Made by a program: the position numbers and the translations under genes
Assembly (NCBI GenBank): GCA_021802585.1
Contig: JAJZRQ010000002.1
Span: forward strand, 7,919 to 71,918
Reading direction: 5' to 3'
From: Chloroflexota bacterium
Lineage (GTDB): Bacteria; Chloroflexota; Limnocylindria; Limnocylindrales; CSP1-4
DNA length: 64,000 nt
Notes under the pieces: model-generated
The model's database searches: none
Seen by the model: the letters and a program-made list of their open reading frames with translations, nothing else
What the model was told of the DNA's origin: nothing
In this document: in pieces, positions 61,709 through 64,000 of the stretch
How the letters are laid out: each line of letters opens with the position of its first letter
How positions within the stretch are numbered: the stretch's first letter is position 1

Positions 61709-62467
61709 GTGGGAGCGACCGTCCCGACCCTCCGCCTCGAGCGTGCCCTCTGGCGCGCCGGCGCGACCCGCGTCGCCGGCGTCGACGAGGTCGGGGTCGC
61801 GCCGGCGTGCGGCCCGGTCGTCGCGGCGGCGGTCATCGTCCGCCCGAACGGCCGCCGGATCGCCGCGGTCCGCGATTCGAAGGCGCTCTCGGCCGCCCAG
61901 CGAGAGGCGCTCGCCCCGCAGGTCCGGCGCCGGGCTCTCGCCGTCGGCGTCGGCGCGGCGTCGGTCGCGGAGATCGACCGGCTGAACATCTACCACGCGA
62001 CCCACCTCGCGATGCGGCGCGCCCTGGCCCGCCTCGGCGGCCATGACCACGTCCTCGTCGACGGCCTCCGGATCGCCGGCTTCGAGGAGGCCGTCGGCCC
62101 GTACGACGCGATCGTCGATGGCGACGCGCTCGTCTACTCGATCGCCTGCGCCTCGATCGTGGCGAAGGTCCTCCGCGACCGGCTCATGGCGCGCCTCGCG
62201 GCGCGCCACCCCGGGTACGGCTGGGAGCGGAACGCAGGGTACGCGACCGCCGAGCACCGCGCCGCGATGGCGGCGCTCGGGATCACCCCGTTCCACCGGC
62301 GCTCGTTCATCACGACGCGGCGGGCGATCGAGGGAGTGGAGCAGCTGGGGCTCGACCTCGTGCCGGTGGGGCCGGGGAGGACCTGCGAGGACGGACCGCC
62401 CGTCGTCGAGGGCGACGAGCTCCTCGCGGCCTGGGAGGAGGAGCGGGCCGCGATCGAGGCCGGCTGA
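61709..62467 (+). CDS. rnhB: Ribonuclease HII
   Basis: VAGVDEVGVAPACGPVVAAAVIV, DSKALS and IVAKVLRDRLM motifs. Confidence 0.88.
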   Translation: MGATVPTLRLERALWRAGATRVAGVDEVGVAPACGPVVAAAVIVRPNGRRIAAVRDSKALSAAQREALAPQVRRRALAVGVGAASVAEIDRLNIYHATHLAMRRALARLGGHDHVLVDGLRIAGFEEAVGPYDAIVDGDALVYSIACASIVAKVLRDRLMARLAARHPGYGWERNAGYATAEHRAAMAALGITPFHRRSFITTRRAIEGVEQLGLDLVPVGPGRTCEDGPPVVEGDELLAAWEEERAAIEAG

Positions 62468-62509
62468 GCGGCCGACCCGTCGCCGCCCCGCGGCCGACCC
62501 GTCGCCGCC
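62468..62509. repeat. 20-nt direct repeat, two copies 2 nt apart, immediately after the rnhB stop
   Basis: gcggccgacccgtcgccgcc (62468-62487), cc, gcggccgacccgtcgccgcc (62490-62509). The second copy can pair with the following ggggcggcgg. Confidence 0.8.
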
Positions 62510-62588
62510 GGGGCGGCGGATCGCCGTCGATGAGCTCGAGGCAAGCCCCGCGTGATCGGCGGATGAGAGGCCGATGAGCGGCGATCCG

Positions 62589-62594
62589 TAGCCT
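62589..62594 (+). promoter_or_regulatory. Candidate -10 (TAGCCT), 6 nt before the yraN ATG (leaderless candidate)
   Basis: ccgTAGCCTtcgctcATG. Confidence 0.35.
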
Positions 62595-62600
62595 TCGCTC

Positions 62601-63032
62601 ATGGACCGGGATGGGGCGACGCGCACGCCGGCCCAGCGGGCGGGCGACGCCGCGGAGGGTGCCGTGGCGGCGGCCCTCGTGGCCGCCGGCTGGCAGATCC
62701 TCGCCGGCCGGCTGCGCATCGGCCGCCTCGAGGTGGACCTCGTCGGCGTGGACCCGGGACCCCCCGCGATGCTCGCGGTCGTCGAGGTCCGCTGGCGGCG
62801 GTCGCGGGCGTACGGGCTCCCGGAGGAGACGGTCGACGGCCGGAAGGTCGCCCGCCTGCGCCGGGCGGCGGCGGCGCTCGCGGCGTCGGGAGCGCTTCCC
62901 GACGGGACCCGTCTCCCGCCGCTCCCGCTCCGCATCGACGTCGTCGCGGTCGAGCCCGGGCGGCCGGGGCATCTCCGACTCCGCCATCACCGCGCCGTCG
63001 GGGAGCCCGGGCGCGGAGGGGCCCTGTGGTAG
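62601..63032 (+). CDS. yraN: YraN family (UPF0102) endonuclease-like protein
   Basis: [34 protein letters not shown]...[10 protein letters not shown]...RIDVVAV. Confidence 0.8.
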   Translation: MDRDGATRTPAQRAGDAAEGAVAAALVAAGWQILAGRLRIGRLEVDLVGVDPGPPAMLAVVEVRWRRSRAYGLPEETVDGRKVARLRRAAAALAASGALPDGTRLPPLPLRIDVVAVEPGRPGHLRLRHHRAVGEPGRGGALW

Positions 63033-63035
63033 ACT
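63027..63035 (+). promoter_or_regulatory. Candidate extended -10 (TGgTAGACT) for rpsB, overlapping the yraN stop
   Basis: ctgTGgTAGACTCCGCCggg; it leaves a GC-rich leader of about 160 nt before GTG 63203. Confidence 0.4.
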
Positions 63036-63202
63036 CCGCCGGGCTGTCGGGCCGTCCCGCCAGCCGCCGTCGCCGCGCCGCGGCGACGAGCCCACACGCG
63101 GTGCCGCCACCGTTGCCCGGGCGGTGCCGGGAGCCGAGCCGTCGCTCGGCCCCGGTCCGGGGCGGGGCCCGCGGAGGAACGAACCGGACAGGAGGACCAC
63201 GC

Positions 63203-64000
63203 GTGCCCACCGTCTCCATGCGGCAGCTGCTCGAGGCCGGTGTCCACTTCGGCCACCAGACGCGCCGCTGGAATCCCAAGATGCGCCCGTTCATCTTCGC
63301 CGAGCGCAACGGGATCCACATCATCGACCTCGCCCAGACCGTTCAGCGGCTCGACGCCGCCCTCGCGGCGGTCCGCGAGACGACCGCCCGCGGCGAGACC
63401 ATCCTCTTCGTCGGGACGAAGAAGCAGGCCCAGGAGCCGATCGCCCAGGAGGCGGACCGCGCCGGCCAGCCGTACGTGAACCACCGCTGGCTCGGCGGGA
63501 TGCTCACGAACTTCGTCACGATCAAGAAGCGGCTCGGGCTCCTCGAGCAGCTCGAGGCGCGCCTCGCGAACGGCGACTTCGAGCGGATGCCGAAGAAGGA
63601 GGCCGCCCGCTACATGGAGGAGCTGCGGAAGCTCCGCCTGACGCTCGGCGGGATCCGCCGGATGAAGCGGCTCCCCGGCGCGGTCTTCATCATCGATCCG
63701 GCGCGTGAGCGGATCACCGTGACGGAGGCCCGCAAGCTCGAGATCCCGATCGTCGGGACCGGCGACACGAACGTCGACCCCGACGAGCTCGACTACATCA
63801 TCCCCGCCAACGACGACGCGATCCGGGCGATCCGCCTCCTCTGCGAGGTCGTGGCGAACGCCGCGATCGAGGGGGGGCGCGAGCGCGCGGCGCGCGCCGA
63901 GCGTGAGCCCGAGCCCGAGCCGGAGCTCGCGGCTGCCTTCGAGGTCGAGGAGATCGCCTCCGCCGACGACCTCGTCGCCCAGCTCGCCGCGGGCGGCGCC
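63203..64000 (+). CDS. rpsB: 30S ribosomal protein S2 (3' end outside window)
   Basis: Absent from the ORF track because there is no stop inside the window. GGAGG lies 7 nt upstream of GTG 63203. It translates to [43 protein letters not shown]...[13 protein letters not shown]. Confidence 0.92.
   Translation, partial: MPTVSMRQLLEAGVHFGHQTRRWNPKMRPFIFAERNGIHIIDLAQTVQRLDAALAAVRETTARGETILFVGTKKQAQEPIAQEADRAGQPYVNHRWLGGMLTNFVTIKKRLGLLEQLEARLANGDFERMPKKEAARYMEELRKLRLTLGGIRRMKRLPGAVFIIDPARERITVTEARKLEIPIVGTGDTNVDPDELDYIIPANDDAIRAIRLLCEVVANAAIEGGRERAARAEREPEPEPELAAAFEVEEIASADDLVAQLAAGGA

Overview
Very GC-rich chromosomal core region; third codon positions are almost uniformly G/C, so every frame carries long spurious ORFs. 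I call about 63 real CDS, nearly all on the plus strand and many joined by 1-4 nt start/stop overlaps (ATGA, GTGA, TGATG), plus 8 tRNA genes in three groups. Content is housekeeping: uvrC (partial), secDF, recJ, pyrF, tatAC, rapZ-yvcK-whiA, tpiA, gpmA, secG, lemA-htpX, rpsF-ssb-rpsR, ilvE, ileS-lspA, rluD fused to gmk, priA-def-fmt-rlmN-rpe-dtd, rpmB, yloU/yloV-recG-rsmD-coaD, yceD-rpmF-plsX, nusB, acpP-rnc-smc-ftsY, ffh, rpsP-KH-rimM-trmD-rplS, rnhB, yraN and rpsB (partial). Gene order resembles the Bacillus-type layout despite the GC content, which suggests a high-GC monoderm-like lineage (Actinomycetota or Chloroflexota-like); I cannot place it further. I saw no CRISPR array, transposase, integrase or prophage genes. 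The only accessory-looking stretch is about 3 kb (18.3-21.2 kb) between a four-tRNA cluster and rpsF. It holds an unknown 201-aa protein, a lone tRNA-Leu(UAA) preceded by dense repeats and palindromes, an orphan PAAR-like DUF4280 gene, and a degenerate receiver-CpaE/TadZ-like ATPase, with no partner machinery anywhere in the window. This is the best candidate for something undescribed, but the evidence is contextual only. Other points worth a second look are an in-frame RluD-Gmk fusion, a C-terminal extension of about 115 aa on Rpe, RimM lacking a canonical start codon, a recurring TAnACT/TAnnAT -10-like motif placed 6-7 nt before several start codons (implying leaderless mRNAs), and a shared ACTCCGCC box after the -10 of four ribosomal-protein operons. 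All promoter and terminator calls come from reading the sequence by eye and are low confidence.
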